DNA of 64,000 bases, taken from contig JBGSZS010000018.1 in the NCBI GenBank assembly GCA_041750285.1, positions 301,514 through 365,513 of the forward strand. The letters run 5' to 3'. The notes beneath the pieces were generated by a model. The model was not told where the DNA came from. It saw only the letters and a list, made by a program, of their open reading frames with translations, and ran no database searches. The stretch is from Candidatus Fermentibacteraceae bacterium (GTDB lineage: Bacteria > Fermentibacterota > Fermentibacteria > Fermentibacterales > JCC-6). How positions within the stretch are numbered: the first letter of the stretch is position 1; every line of letters starts with the position of its first letter. This document shows positions 8,874 to 18,314 of this stretch, piece by piece. Position numbers and translations under genes: made by a program.

Positions 8874-11179
8874 AATTACTTTCGTGGAGAGTCGTTTACC
8901 TCGACGGAGCAATGGGCACCATGCTCATGAACAAAGGAATGCCCCCGGGCGCGTGTCCCGAAAGATGGGCCGCCGATAACCTGAAAACGCTCGCGGACAT
9001 TCACGAAAGCTATGTCCTGGCGGGAAGCGACGTGGTCCTTTCCTGCACTTTCGGGGGAACACGGTCAAGGCTGGGAGAGGCTCCGGAAAGGCTGAACTCC
9101 GTTCTTGCGGAGTGCCTGCTGGAGGCTCTGGAAGGCAGGGCGATCCCGGCGGCGAGCATTGGACCAACCGGCATCATGATGCATCCTTTGGGCGGATTGA
9201 GATGGGCGGATGCCTACAACGAGTTTCACGCACAGGGAAAAGCGCTTGTCGATGCCGGCATCGAGGTGTTCTTCCTGGAAACGTTCTCGGACCCGAGGGA
9301 GCTTAAGGCCGCTGTACTCGCCGTGAGGGACGCCTGTCCCCACGGTTTCATAAGCGCCCAGATGAGCTTCGGGGAGGACGGTTTCAGCATGACCGGAACC
9401 TCCGCGGAAGCCCTTGCGGCGTTCACGGAACAGCTCCCGGCCGACGCGGTTGGCGCCAACTGCTCGGTGGGTCCCGATTCACTGGTCTCGGTTGTCAGGG
9501 CCATCAGAGCCAACACCTCAAAGCCTGTCTCGATTGAACCGAACGCAGGAATGCCCGACAGCTCGGGGAGGCACGGCATGTCCCCCGGGGCGTTCGCGTC
9601 GCGGTGCGAAGACCTGGTGTGGAGCGGGGCTTCAATGATAGGCGGTTGCTGCGGGACCGGACCCGAACACGTACGCGCGATGCGTGCGATTGTGGGGGAC
9701 AGGGAAAGCGGGAAAGCCCCGGACCCTCTTCCCCGCCTTCTGACATCGATGACCGCCGTCGTACCCCTTGGCGGGGAACTTGTGATCGTTGGTGAAGGAA
9801 TCAACCCAACGGGCAGGAAAGGGCTGAAGAAAGCGATCCGCGAGGGTGAGACCGGGTTCGTCCTCTCCGCTGCCGCAGCTCAACCCGCAGCCCGGGTGCT
9901 CGACATCAATCTGGGACTGGAGCGGATGATCCCCGATGGGTTCGTTGCCGATCTTTTCGCCGGGCTGTGCACGGGACCGCCGATATCGGTGGACCTTTCC
10001 GATCCCTGGAACATCGAACTCGCCTTCAGGGAACTCGGGGGGGTGGGCATGCTGAACTCGCTGACCTGCGATCCCGATTTCATTGGGCAAAGGGTCGGAA
10101 GTCTGCTTCGCCACGGTGGCTACGCCGTTCTTCTGCCCATGGGGCCCGATGGCATTCCTGAATCACCCGGCGGCCGTGTAGCCATGATCGAAAAGGGTAT
10201 GGCGGTCCTTTCCGAACACGGCTTTCCCGCCTGGAGGGTGATCGCGGACCCGGTCGTGCAGTCCCTGGCTTCGGGAGCCGATCCCGCACTGACGCTTGGA
10301 ACCCTTGCGCTGATGAAGAAAAAACAATGGCTGACCATCGCCGGCGTGTCGAACGTATCCCACGGGCTGCCCGGAAGACGTGCGGTTAACATGGCCTTCC
10401 TTTCCCGCCTGGCGGAGGGTGGGCTGGACCTTGCGATCGCGGACGCCACAAGGCCCGAGACTCTGCTTGCCGCAAGGGGCGGGCAGGTCCTCGGAGGAAG
10501 GGTGCCTGCAGTCGGGGACATCGAACTGACGGAAGATTCCCCCACGCAGGCCGGGTCACTCGAGGAAGCCATCATCCGGGGAGATGTCAGGGAAACCATC
10601 GGACAGGCTGAAAGCCTTCTGGCTGGTGGGGAAAAACCCTCGGTCCTGGTCGAAGGACACCTCCGGAATGCCATGACTAGGCTCGGAAGGCTTTACGAGC
10701 AGAAAAAGGCGTTCCTGCCCCATCTCATAGCCGGAGCAGAAGCCGCCCGGGTGCTTACCGGGATAATCGGTCCACTTCTGAGAACAGGCCGGGATAGATC
10801 CCGCGGCACGGTGGTGCTGGCAACCGTGCAGGGCGACATTCACGACATCGGCAAGAACCTCGTGGCCCTGTTCCTCGAGGGGGCAGGATACGATGTCATT
10901 GACCTTGGAAGGGACGTTCCGGCAGCGCGTATCGTCGCAGCCGCAAGGGAACCAGGAATCGTCGCCGTTGCTCTGTCAGCCCTGATGAGCAGTACGGCTT
11001 CGCGGATGGAGGAGGTCGTCGGGCTCATGCGTGAATGCGGGCTGATAACCCCGGTCATAATCGGCGGTGCAGTGGTTACCGGCGAGTTCGCCGCCGGAAT
11101 GGGGGCCCTGTACGCACGGGAGGCCTTCGGAGTCGTAAGGGTCCTGGAAGATGCGGCGCTGCCGGGGAATAACTCCTGA
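8843..11179 (+). CDS. metH: B12-dependent methionine synthase (Hcy-binding, pterin-binding, cap and cobalamin domains; lacks activation domain)
   Basis: LDGAMGT, GANCS, GGCCGT (Zn ligands), GEGINPTG, GVSNVS.G and GDIHDIGKN motifs. Confidence 0.93.
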   Translation: MGMGAAKRLLELLSWRVVYLDGAMGTMLMNKGMPPGACPERWAADNLKTLADIHESYVLAGSDVVLSCTFGGTRSRLGEAPERLNSVLAECLLEALEGRAIPAASIGPTGIMMHPLGGLRWADAYNEFHAQGKALVDAGIEVFFLETFSDPRELKAAVLAVRDACPHGFISAQMSFGEDGFSMTGTSAEALAAFTEQLPADAVGANCSVGPDSLVSVVRAIRANTSKPVSIEPNAGMPDSSGRHGMSPGAFASRCEDLVWSGASMIGGCCGTGPEHVRAMRAIVGDRESGKAPDPLPRLLTSMTAVVPLGGELVIVGEGINPTGRKGLKKAIREGETGFVLSAAAAQPAARVLDINLGLERMIPDGFVADLFAGLCTGPPISVDLSDPWNIELAFRELGGVGMLNSLTCDPDFIGQRVGSLLRHGGYAVLLPMGPDGIPESPGGRVAMIEKGMAVLSEHGFPAWRVIADPVVQSLASGADPALTLGTLALMKKKQWLTIAGVSNVSHGLPGRRAVNMAFLSRLAEGGLDLAIADATRPETLLAARGGQVLGGRVPAVGDIELTEDSPTQAGSLEEAIIRGDVRETIGQAESLLAGGEKPSVLVEGHLRNAMTRLGRLYEQKKAFLPHLIAGAEAARVLTGIIGPLLRTGRDRSRGTVVLATVQGDIHDIGKNLVALFLEGAGYDVIDLGRDVPAARIVAAAREPGIVAVALSALMSSTASRMEEVVGLMRECGLITPVIIGGAVVTGEFAAGMGALYAREAFGVVRVLEDAALPGNNS

Positions 11180-11232
11180 CACAGTGGTGTTTCACCTGAG
11201 TGGTGTTGATCGCAACTGGAGACGGAGGTCTC

Positions 11233-11646
11233 ATGAAGGCAATGTTGTTCCTGATCGCGGCATCCTCACTCCGGGCCGGCACGCCGCTGTCCATACCCGA
11301 GATAATCGCCCTTGAGGGTGAGTTCGCCTTCACCGACGGATCATCGGTCTACACATTCTCGGAAGACGGAACTTTCCTGATGGAGCCCCTCTCCCTGAGC
11401 GGCAGGGCGATCGAAGGACGATGGACCTTCGAGAGCCAGGGGCTTTTCCTGATCACGGGGGTGTGGACGTGGTACAATGGCATCTCGGTTCCCGATGACT
11501 TCAGAAGGATGACCATGGCAGTCACCCTGATACCCGGTGAGCCCGCCACCGTGCAGACGATATGGAGTGGTTCCTCCGCAAGGCTCTACCAGGTGTACTT
11601 CACGATCGATGAAGTCGCAGGGATCGATTCCCTGCCCGCACGGTGA
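11233..11646 (+). CDS. Hypothetical exported protein
   Basis: GGAGG RBS, signal-peptide-like N-terminus, beta-rich body. Confidence 0.65.
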   Translation: MKAMLFLIAASSLRAGTPLSIPEIIALEGEFAFTDGSSVYTFSEDGTFLMEPLSLSGRAIEGRWTFESQGLFLITGVWTWYNGISVPDDFRRMTMAVTLIPGEPATVQTIWSGSSARLYQVYFTIDEVAGIDSLPAR

Positions 11647-11659
11647 GTGGAAGCCGGCC

Positions 11660-11995
11660 TCACGGAAGCGTGTCGTCCGGCTCCCAGAGACACTGTGCCA
11701 GGTCGACTTTGCCCCGGATGGTGAAAGGCGTTCCCTCGCTTCGAAGCATCGATTCCTGCAGAAGGTGCTCATCGGCATCCTCGAACGAACTCCTCGTCGG
11801 GATGCGGCCGTCCGCCCCCACCACGCGGTGCCACGGTATCGACACTCCCGGCGGCGTGCTTCGCAGTGCATAGACCACCATGCGGGCGGCTCCGGGCCGC
11901 CCGAGGAACCGCGCTATCCCTCCGTAGGTCATGACCCTGCCCCGGGGTATCGAAAGCACAACCGAATGGACGAGCCTGAAGAAGTCCCCCGGCAT
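11660..11995 (-). CDS. Alkyltransferase-like (ATL) DNA-binding protein, MGMT family
   Basis: IPRGRVMTYG..AR.V and PWHRVV, with Trp in place of the catalytic Cys. Confidence 0.85.
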   Translation of the reverse strand: MPGDFFRLVHSVVLSIPRGRVMTYGGIARFLGRPGAARMVVYALRSTPPGVSIPWHRVVGADGRIPTRSSFEDADEHLLQESMLRSEGTPFTIRGKVDLAQCLWEPDDTLP

Positions 11996-12339
11996 CACAG
12001 GTTCCTCAGAACCCAGAACGCGGTGATCACAAGAGCGAACCCCGCCCCCCAGAGGGGCGACCGGCGCAGGTGCCCCTTCAGAAGGATGGCGAAAGGAGCC
12101 AGGATCGCCAGGGTTGTCGACAAAGGATTGTGGCGGAATGCGTCGGACACCCTCAGGTTCAGGAGGTCGTGCATGGCCCTGAGGCTTCCGCATCCCGGGC
12201 AGAGAAGCCCCGTGACGGCGTGGAAGGGACAGAACAGAGGCACATTCCAGCCCCCGGGGTCGTGCCCGGCCAGGAACACCGCACCGGCTGCAACAATGAT
12301 CCCTCCCGCGGCTAGAAGAGCTTTCTCAGGCTTCCGCAC
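11995..12339 (-). CDS. DUF2752-like membrane protein
   Basis: CPFHAVTGLLCPGCGSLRA..NPL..W.LRNL. Confidence 0.85.
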   Translation of the reverse strand: MRKPEKALLAAGGIIVAAGAVFLAGHDPGGWNVPLFCPFHAVTGLLCPGCGSLRAMHDLLNLRVSDAFRHNPLSTTLAILAPFAILLKGHLRRSPLWGAGFALVITAFWVLRNL

Positions 12340-12746
12340 ATGAGCCCGTATGACAGGTATGTCAGCATGGTGATGACGAATCCCCAGATGAGAAGGGCTT
12401 TGGTCCGTTCCGAAGCTGCCCTTGCCTTCCCATACTCGCCCGACTTCAGCAGCGCGTCGACCTGGGTCGCGCTTATCACGGCGGCTATGCCGAAGGGCAG
12501 ACAGCAGAAAGCCGTCATCAGAACCGACAGCACGATGTGGCTGGGTACCTTCGGGGGAGCTTCCCGGTGGACGGGAGCAGCTTTGGGACGGCAATACGTG
12601 CAGGTCCCGTCCGGATTGAGAGGCGCCCCGCAATCCCGGCACTTGCCGCCATTTACCCTCTGAATGGCCGGTCTGCCGCACTTCGGGCAGACGCTGGCAC
12701 TCGTGGAAACCATGTTCCCGCAATCGGGGCAGGTGACGAGCGGCAA
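12312..12746 (-). CDS. Zinc-ribbon plus CD225/dispanin family membrane protein
   Basis: Four CxxC pairs, then CCLPFGIAAV..G.Y..A..AS. Confidence 0.85.
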   Translation of the reverse strand: MPLVTCPDCGNMVSTSASVCPKCGRPAIQRVNGGKCRDCGAPLNPDGTCTYCRPKAAPVHREAPPKVPSHIVLSVLMTAFCCLPFGIAAVISATQVDALLKSGEYGKARAASERTKALLIWGFVITMLTYLSYGLMCGSLRKLF

Positions 12747-12834
12747 TCAAACCCTCCTGTCTGCGTTCGTGGGATTATCTGGAATGGACGGCACGGCAGC
12801 AAGCCAGGGACCAGGGGCCCGCCCCGGTTATCGG

Positions 12835-12864
12835 AAAACCCCCCGGGCAGATTGCCCGGGGGGT
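12835..12864 (-). terminator. Intrinsic terminator
   Basis: ACCCCCCGGGCA/TGCCCGGGGGGT stem followed by Ts on the minus strand. Confidence 0.75.
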
Positions 12865-12886
12865 GAAAAGACAGGGAACGCAGGCG

Positions 12887-13741
12887 CTAGAAGGATGCCT
12901 TGATACCCGCCCAGGTGTCCCGGGTGAGCGCCACATCGAAGTCGACCTCGAACTCGGTGATTGAGAATACGCTGCCGGTCTTCGAGACCCAGAAGAACGT
13001 GTCGCGGTCGGCGCTGTAGCAGACATCGTACGAGGAGGTCACCGAAGCGGGCTCGGGGGCGCTGCCGATGTAGCTTAGGCCGGCTCCGTCATACTCGTAG
13101 AAGTAGAAGTTGCCGTAGGTGTAACCGCCCACGAGAATGCCCACGTTGCCTTCGTAGGGGAACACCGCGCAGGCGCAGGAATAGGATGCCGGGAGCTCGG
13201 GGAGGCTCCAGGAGCTTACGCCTCCGCCCGACGTGTTGAAGCGGTAAAGGTATCTCGAGGTGGCTTCGGAACACCAGATCATCCCGTCATCGTCCATGTC
13301 CATCCCGCGGGGCTCGCCGGACACGGGGTTGGTGAAGGTGCTCCAGGTCTGGGAATTCACGTCGAACTTGTAGATGGGGGTGACCGCATTCCAGTTGTTA
13401 ACGTAGATGAAGTTGCCACCGGGAGTCTGCTGGTAGACTATCCCCAGAATGTCGGGCAGACCCGTCGGGCTTGGCAGGGTGCTCGCGATGCTTCCGTTGT
13501 CGGGGTCGAGGTTGTAGATGAGGTCGGATGTGTAGTCGGTTACGAGAAGCGCGTCAAAGGTGTCTGCGAAATCGCATCCCCTTGGGTTGCCGCCCAGAGT
13601 GACCGTGTAGGTGTTCACCTGTGTGATGGTGATGTCGGCCCTGCCTGGATAAGGGTCTCCCGGAGCAACTGACGGACCGGCGTCGGGGTCGGCGGCGTAA
13701 AGGAATCCGAAGCAGAGAAGCAGAAGGCACATTGTTCTCAT
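12887..13741 (-). CDS. Secreted beta-propeller-like protein ending in ALTRDTWAGIKASF
   Basis: Signal peptide MRTMCLLLLCFGFLYA, repeated PRG.D blades, short conserved-looking tail. Confidence 0.8.
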   Translation of the reverse strand: MRTMCLLLLCFGFLYAADPDAGPSVAPGDPYPGRADITITQVNTYTVTLGGNPRGCDFADTFDALLVTDYTSDLIYNLDPDNGSIASTLPSPTGLPDILGIVYQQTPGGNFIYVNNWNAVTPIYKFDVNSQTWSTFTNPVSGEPRGMDMDDDGMIWCSEATSRYLYRFNTSGGGVSSWSLPELPASYSCACAVFPYEGNVGILVGGYTYGNFYFYEYDGAGLSYIGSAPEPASVTSSYDVCYSADRDTFFWVSKTGSVFSITEFEVDFDVALTRDTWAGIKASF

Positions 13742-13880
13742 GTTTCCCCTCCACGTTTCTTCAAGGCTCTCCTGTTCTGGATGCCTTCCTGATGGAAGCA
13801 TCGTCGATAATTGTCCGGATATGCCGTCATGTCAATGGAGAGATGCCGACTCGAGCCAACACGATAAAGAAGAAGACGCA

Positions 13881-13911
13881 AAAAGGGGCGGGAGCCTTGA
13901 GACTCCCGCCC
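13881..13911 (-). terminator. Intrinsic terminator
   Basis: GGGCGGGAG/CTCCCGCCC plus TTTT on the minus strand. Confidence 0.7.
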
Positions 13912-13931
13912 GAGGGTATTTTTCCGTTCCT

Positions 13932-14225
13932 CTACTTCGGAATGGTCAGGCTGTTCTGGACGTCGACGTTTTCAAGCATGCCTTTGACGGCTTCCAGCAC
14001 CCCGCCGATGACCGTCACTCCAAGGACGGCGCCGACAATGGAAACCAGCAGGCCTATGGCCACGAATATCAGCATGGCCCGGCTCCAGTTCTGGAGGTTC
14101 ATGTTCGTGCTGTTGCTCAGGGCGAACACAAGAAGAAGGATGATGTTCAGAAGGGGTACGAACATCGCAAGCTGCACCAGGAAGAACCCCCCGGTGGAAA
14201 ACGGCTTTGAACGGTCTTCGGTCAT
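13932..14225 (-). CDS. Small membrane protein
   Basis: GGAGG RBS, hydrophobic segments, P.LNIILLL..A and N..NW.RA patterns. Confidence 0.75.
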   Translation of the reverse strand: MTEDRSKPFSTGGFFLVQLAMFVPLLNIILLLVFALSNSTNMNLQNWSRAMLIFVAIGLLVSIVGAVLGVTVIGGVLEAVKGMLENVDVQNSLTIPK

Positions 14226-14411
14226 GGATTGCCTCCAGCTGTTAGTTTTACGGGTCCGCAGCGGTTGGACAATAGGGAGAAAAGGTGCTGCCTGCAATCC
14301 CGCCGGGTCTTCTGCCCGTGTCCCGTGAGACAGCCCGGTATGGCAGTCCCGCCGGCAACCACTCACGTCGCTGGGTTCCCGGCCGGAAGCACGGCGTGCT
14401 TTCCGCAGCGA

Positions 14412-14870
14412 TCAGATCCCGGAACCGGGGGTCGAGATGAAAACGGGGGTCACCAAGGCCCTTTCGATGACAGCCATGCACGAAGGGTAGACAAACCCTC
14501 CCAGTGTGGAGTACCCGCAATCCTCAGGGCCGCTGGCACTGTAGTGCACATACAGCACGTCCTCGAGCACGAACAGGGAATCGATGCATATGGACCGGTT
14601 GTTTCCGGCCCCGACGTCGGCCGTTTTCCCAAGCCCGACAATCACGAGCATCCGGGTTTCGAAGTCGACGAACGCAGGAAGGACTGGTGGGTACTCGAGC
14701 ATTCCGATCCCGGATGGAATGGTTAGGTGTTCGAAAAGACCGGCCCATTCGGCATGGCTTCCAACGACTGCCTGAACGGGCTCTTCGACCTGAAAAGCTG
14801 TCCCGAGTATCGTGAACGGTACTTCGACACCCTTGAAGGACATGAGAATCAGCATCGGAAAAACACTCAT
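14412..14870 (-). CDS. Hypothetical protein, PrcB C-terminal-like
   Basis: GGAGG RBS; W..L..P..VDF...VIV.LG pattern. Confidence 0.55.
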   Translation of the reverse strand: MSVFPMLILMSFKGVEVPFTILGTAFQVEEPVQAVVGSHAEWAGLFEHLTIPSGIGMLEYPPVLPAFVDFETRMLVIVGLGKTADVGAGNNRSICIDSLFVLEDVLYVHYSASGPEDCGYSTLGGFVYPSCMAVIERALVTPVFISTPGSGI

Positions 14871-14985
14871 GACAACCCTCCGGAACAGCGACGATTGGCT
14901 GTGAAAAGCATCACCTGTATATAATGACCCCGATGGAGCTTCCGAGCAATCGTATCTCCCTGTCAGACGGGGGTCACTTGCCGCA

Positions 14986-16254
14986 ATGAGATGCCCGACA
15001 GTCGACAGCCTGTTTCTGCGGGCGAACGGCAGGTTTGTCTGCTGGGACGATGCTGGAAGCGACAAGGTTCTGTATCACCCATCGGAACACTCCGACATGT
15101 CCGGTGTCTACGAGCCAGGAGGCCCGTGTGCCCGGGCTGCGAAAGCCCTTCGTGCCCGCGTGCTGCCCGATTCGCTGACATGCCCTGGTTGCGTATGCCT
15201 GTCAATGACCGGTAACCCTGTTTTCAACCCTGAAGTGGTCAGCGTGATGCAGGTGGAACCTTCCGCCCTTTGTACGCTCAGGTGCCTTGCGTGCGCCTCT
15301 TCCGAAGAAAGAGAGGCACTTGAACCGCCCCACCTTCTCTCACCCGGGCTTTTCGCACGAACTTTGAACGACTTCACCGGGGCAGGGATCAGGATACTGA
15401 CCTTCGACTTTTCCGGTCATGGGGAGCCGACTCTCAACCCCGATCTTCCCGAATTGATCCGCGTTGCCAGACGCAGCTATCCTGAAGCCTTGATAATACT
15501 CGGTACGAATGGCCAGACTCGGTACTCGTCGGAGTTGGTCCGCTCGGGGATTGACCAGTTGCATGTCGCGCTGGACGGCATAGACCAATGCAGTTACGGC
15601 CGTTACAGGGTGGGGGGCAGCTTCAGCGATGCGCTGAGCTTCCTGAAGTCCGCAGCGTCAGATGCTTCCGCAGCCCGTGTGATCTGGAGGTACATCCTCT
15701 TCAGTCACAACTCCGATTTCGGACACATCGCGCTGGCGTGGGAAATGGCATGCGACACGGGAGTCGACGAGCTTCGTTTCATTATCACCCGAAGGGGCGA
15801 ATGGAGCACCTCCATCGAAACCGTTGCCGATCTGTCGAACGCCCTGAAAAGGGCGGGGGTGCCCGAAACCTGCCTCAGGCTCGAATCACGTGAAACCATG
15901 GATCGAAGGAACAGGCTGAAAAATCGAATAAGGCGTTTCGAGCCATTCTACAGGCTCGCCTCCCGGACGTACCGTTCCTTCAGGTTCGGTCCACCTGGAA
16001 ACGGCATGCCATCAGTCGGCATTGACTATTGCATGATCGGTGAGCACCAGCTGAAGCTGGCTCTTTCCGAGTCACGCCGTCATCTTCGAGCCGGAAGGAA
16101 CAACGAGGCACGGTCCCTGCTCAGACATGTGGAGGAGATCGTGGAAAAGCCCCGCCAAAGGAATCCGGCATACTCACCGGAGAAGGTGCTCGCGTTCCTT
16201 GGTGAGTCATTATTCTCCCTGCGTGCATCAGTCCGGAAAACCCCGTGTCCCTGA
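14986..16254 (+). CDS. Radical SAM protein with N-terminal Cys-rich (SPASM/twitch-like) segment
   Basis: CTLRCLAC motif, GHGEPTLNP, TNG, ALDG...Y..YRVGG, W.YILF.HN. Confidence 0.85.
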   Translation: MRCPTVDSLFLRANGRFVCWDDAGSDKVLYHPSEHSDMSGVYEPGGPCARAAKALRARVLPDSLTCPGCVCLSMTGNPVFNPEVVSVMQVEPSALCTLRCLACASSEEREALEPPHLLSPGLFARTLNDFTGAGIRILTFDFSGHGEPTLNPDLPELIRVARRSYPEALIILGTNGQTRYSSELVRSGIDQLHVALDGIDQCSYGRYRVGGSFSDALSFLKSAASDASAARVIWRYILFSHNSDFGHIALAWEMACDTGVDELRFIITRRGEWSTSIETVADLSNALKRAGVPETCLRLESRETMDRRNRLKNRIRRFEPFYRLASRTYRSFRFGPPGNGMPSVGIDYCMIGEHQLKLALSESRRHLRAGRNNEARSLLRHVEEIVEKPRQRNPAYSPEKVLAFLGESLFSLRASVRKTPCP

Positions 16255-17108
16255 GGGGTCTGCTTGCGCAAACAGGCCTCCTGAGGCCATCTAGGGCACT
16301 TTTCAGGGCTTCTCTCGGGTGCCTGAAAACACTGGTCTGGAAAGCTTCAGGACAGTCTGCCGATCATGATGGTCAGCCGTGCCCTCCCCCCCATCTATGT
16401 TTCAGGTCCGCAGCGTGTTACGACACCCGGCACTTCCTCTCAACAGGTGCCAGAGGCGCGGCATGCATAATCTCCCTTCTTGAAAAGGCCGGAAGGCCGC
16501 TCGAAAACATTGTCTGTCTTGACTTTGGCTGCGGGGCGGGGAGACTGGCCCGATACCTGCTTCACCAGAGGGGTCTAGAACTCCACGGAACGGATGTTGA
16601 CGCTGCAGCTTCAGGATGGTGCCGGCAGAACCTGGGTATGGATTGTCGAAGCAATGCGCCCGGAAGTCCTCTTGAGTATGAGGATGGCACTTTTGACATG
16701 GTTCTGGCGATAGCCGTCTTCCCGCACATGAACCTGAAAGACCAGGGCTTCTACCTTGGTGAGTTGAAAAGGGTGCTGAAACCCGGAGGAACGCTTCTTC
16801 TCACCCTGAAAGGCCATCACCGCCGAAGCGAGCTTTCCCTCGAGGAGCGGGAAATGTTCGATTCGGGCCGGCCGGTCGTGAGGGAGCCTCTTTACTCAAC
16901 GCAAAGGTACTGCCTTGCATATCATCCCCGAGAGTTCGCGGCGGGGATCATGGCCCCAGGGTTCGACCTTCTCCTTCACGTACCCATGGGCTCCGAGGAT
17001 ACAGGGCAGGACGCGTACATCTTTGAAAGGCAAACGTGCGCCGGAATTCCGAAGGGACATGTCGGAGACATTTTCAGACAGGGTCACGCCCGGTCCGTGG
17101 ATACCTGA
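16245..17108 (+). CDS. Class I SAM-dependent methyltransferase
   Basis: LDFGCGAGR, FD.V...VF.H and RVLKPGG motifs. Confidence 0.9.
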   Translation: MSLRGLLAQTGLLRPSRALFRASLGCLKTLVWKASGQSADHDGQPCPPPHLCFRSAACYDTRHFLSTGARGAACIISLLEKAGRPLENIVCLDFGCGAGRLARYLLHQRGLELHGTDVDAAASGWCRQNLGMDCRSNAPGSPLEYEDGTFDMVLAIAVFPHMNLKDQGFYLGELKRVLKPGGTLLLTLKGHHRRSELSLEEREMFDSGRPVVREPLYSTQRYCLAYHPREFAAGIMAPGFDLLLHVPMGSEDTGQDAYIFERQTCAGIPKGHVGDIFRQGHARSVDT

Positions 17109-17142
17109 AGCATGTGTGAGGGGGAAGGGGTCACGAATGCGA

Positions 17143-18072
17143 TCAGCCCGGGAAAAGCCTTTCAGGCCTCATTTCGGGCCGCCTCAGGATGCCGTGAAGC
17201 ACTCCCAGCCACATCCAGTATACGAGTCTGCCATTTCTCCTGAGGGGATACATGACCGTTTTCAGCAGGGTTATCCCGAAATAGTAGAAAAGAAAAGCAA
17301 GAAACACCGGCGGCTTCAGATGCCTCAGGGCCACTATGTAACGGTTCCTGTGGGTGAAGTAGATGGCGAATGGTGAAAAAACCCCTCCCACGCTGATCGA
17401 GACGTGGTGACGTACTATCGAGCCTGGAACAAGGTGGGTGGTGAACCCGAGATTCCTGATCTTGAAGGTAAGATCGACGTCGTCGTAGTAGATGAAGAGA
17501 TCGGTATCCTGCATGCCCGCATCCCTGTAGGTGTTCCACCTCATCATCATCGCGCACCCGGTTGCCTGGTCGACTTCGAAGGGCTGCCCGGGCAGTTCCG
17601 GGACGAACCTGTACAGGGGTTTCAGGTTCATCCTCCACTTGATGAACACACCCCCCGCGTTCCAGAGCATGTCCGGCCTCGAAGCGTACGTTATCGCGGG
17701 AACGGTGATCCCGGTTCCGGGATTCTTTTCAAGAAAGTCGGCGAGAAGGAAAAGTGTGTCGGGAGCGACCTCGGTGTCGTTGTTGAGGATGATCACATAC
17801 TCAAGATCACGGCCGGCAAGCATTTCGTAGGATCTGTTGTTGCCGGCGGTAAAACCCAGATTTCCCGGATTCCTGTGGAAGACCACCTCCGGGATCTCGC
17901 CGACCCATGGGGGTACGGGGCCGGGAGTGTTGTTGTCCACCAGACCGATGACAACCCGGACACCCTCGGATCGCAGCACTGACCGGACACACTTCTCCGT
18001 CAATTCCCACTGACGGAAGTTGACCATGAGTATGCCGATCCTGTACGGGCCGTCATCCCGGGGCTGAACCAT
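17143..18072 (-). CDS. Glycosyltransferase family 2
   Basis: VDN, NLGFTAGNN, ILNNDT, TGCAMM and FIYYDDVD motifs. Confidence 0.9.
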   Translation of the reverse strand: MVQPRDDGPYRIGILMVNFRQWELTEKCVRSVLRSEGVRVVIGLVDNNTPGPVPPWVGEIPEVVFHRNPGNLGFTAGNNRSYEMLAGRDLEYVIILNNDTEVAPDTLFLLADFLEKNPGTGITVPAITYASRPDMLWNAGGVFIKWRMNLKPLYRFVPELPGQPFEVDQATGCAMMMRWNTYRDAGMQDTDLFIYYDDVDLTFKIRNLGFTTHLVPGSIVRHHVSISVGGVFSPFAIYFTHRNRYIVALRHLKPPVFLAFLFYYFGITLLKTVMYPLRRNGRLVYWMWLGVLHGILRRPEMRPERLFPG

Positions 18073-18314
18073 GCCGCTCCGATACGGGCTGGGGGAAAAA
18101 CACTTGCCTGAAGGGTTTGGATAATAGTCCCGGTCAAACGGGAAGTAAAGTGGCCGGCATCGTATCGGGCGCTCCGTCAAAGCTTTCCACGCTGAAATCG
18201 GAACGCCCTCCACTTTAATCTACAGGGTGTAACTTTTTCAATGGAATGAGTGTCCTCTTCTTTTTAAGACATTCGCAAGGGAGTTATGGAAAAGCGAACA
18301 GAAGGAGGGAGAAA

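Noticed and set aside
11660-11995. Active O6-methylguanine methyltransferase (ogt)
   Set aside because: The acceptor Cys is replaced by Trp (PWHR).
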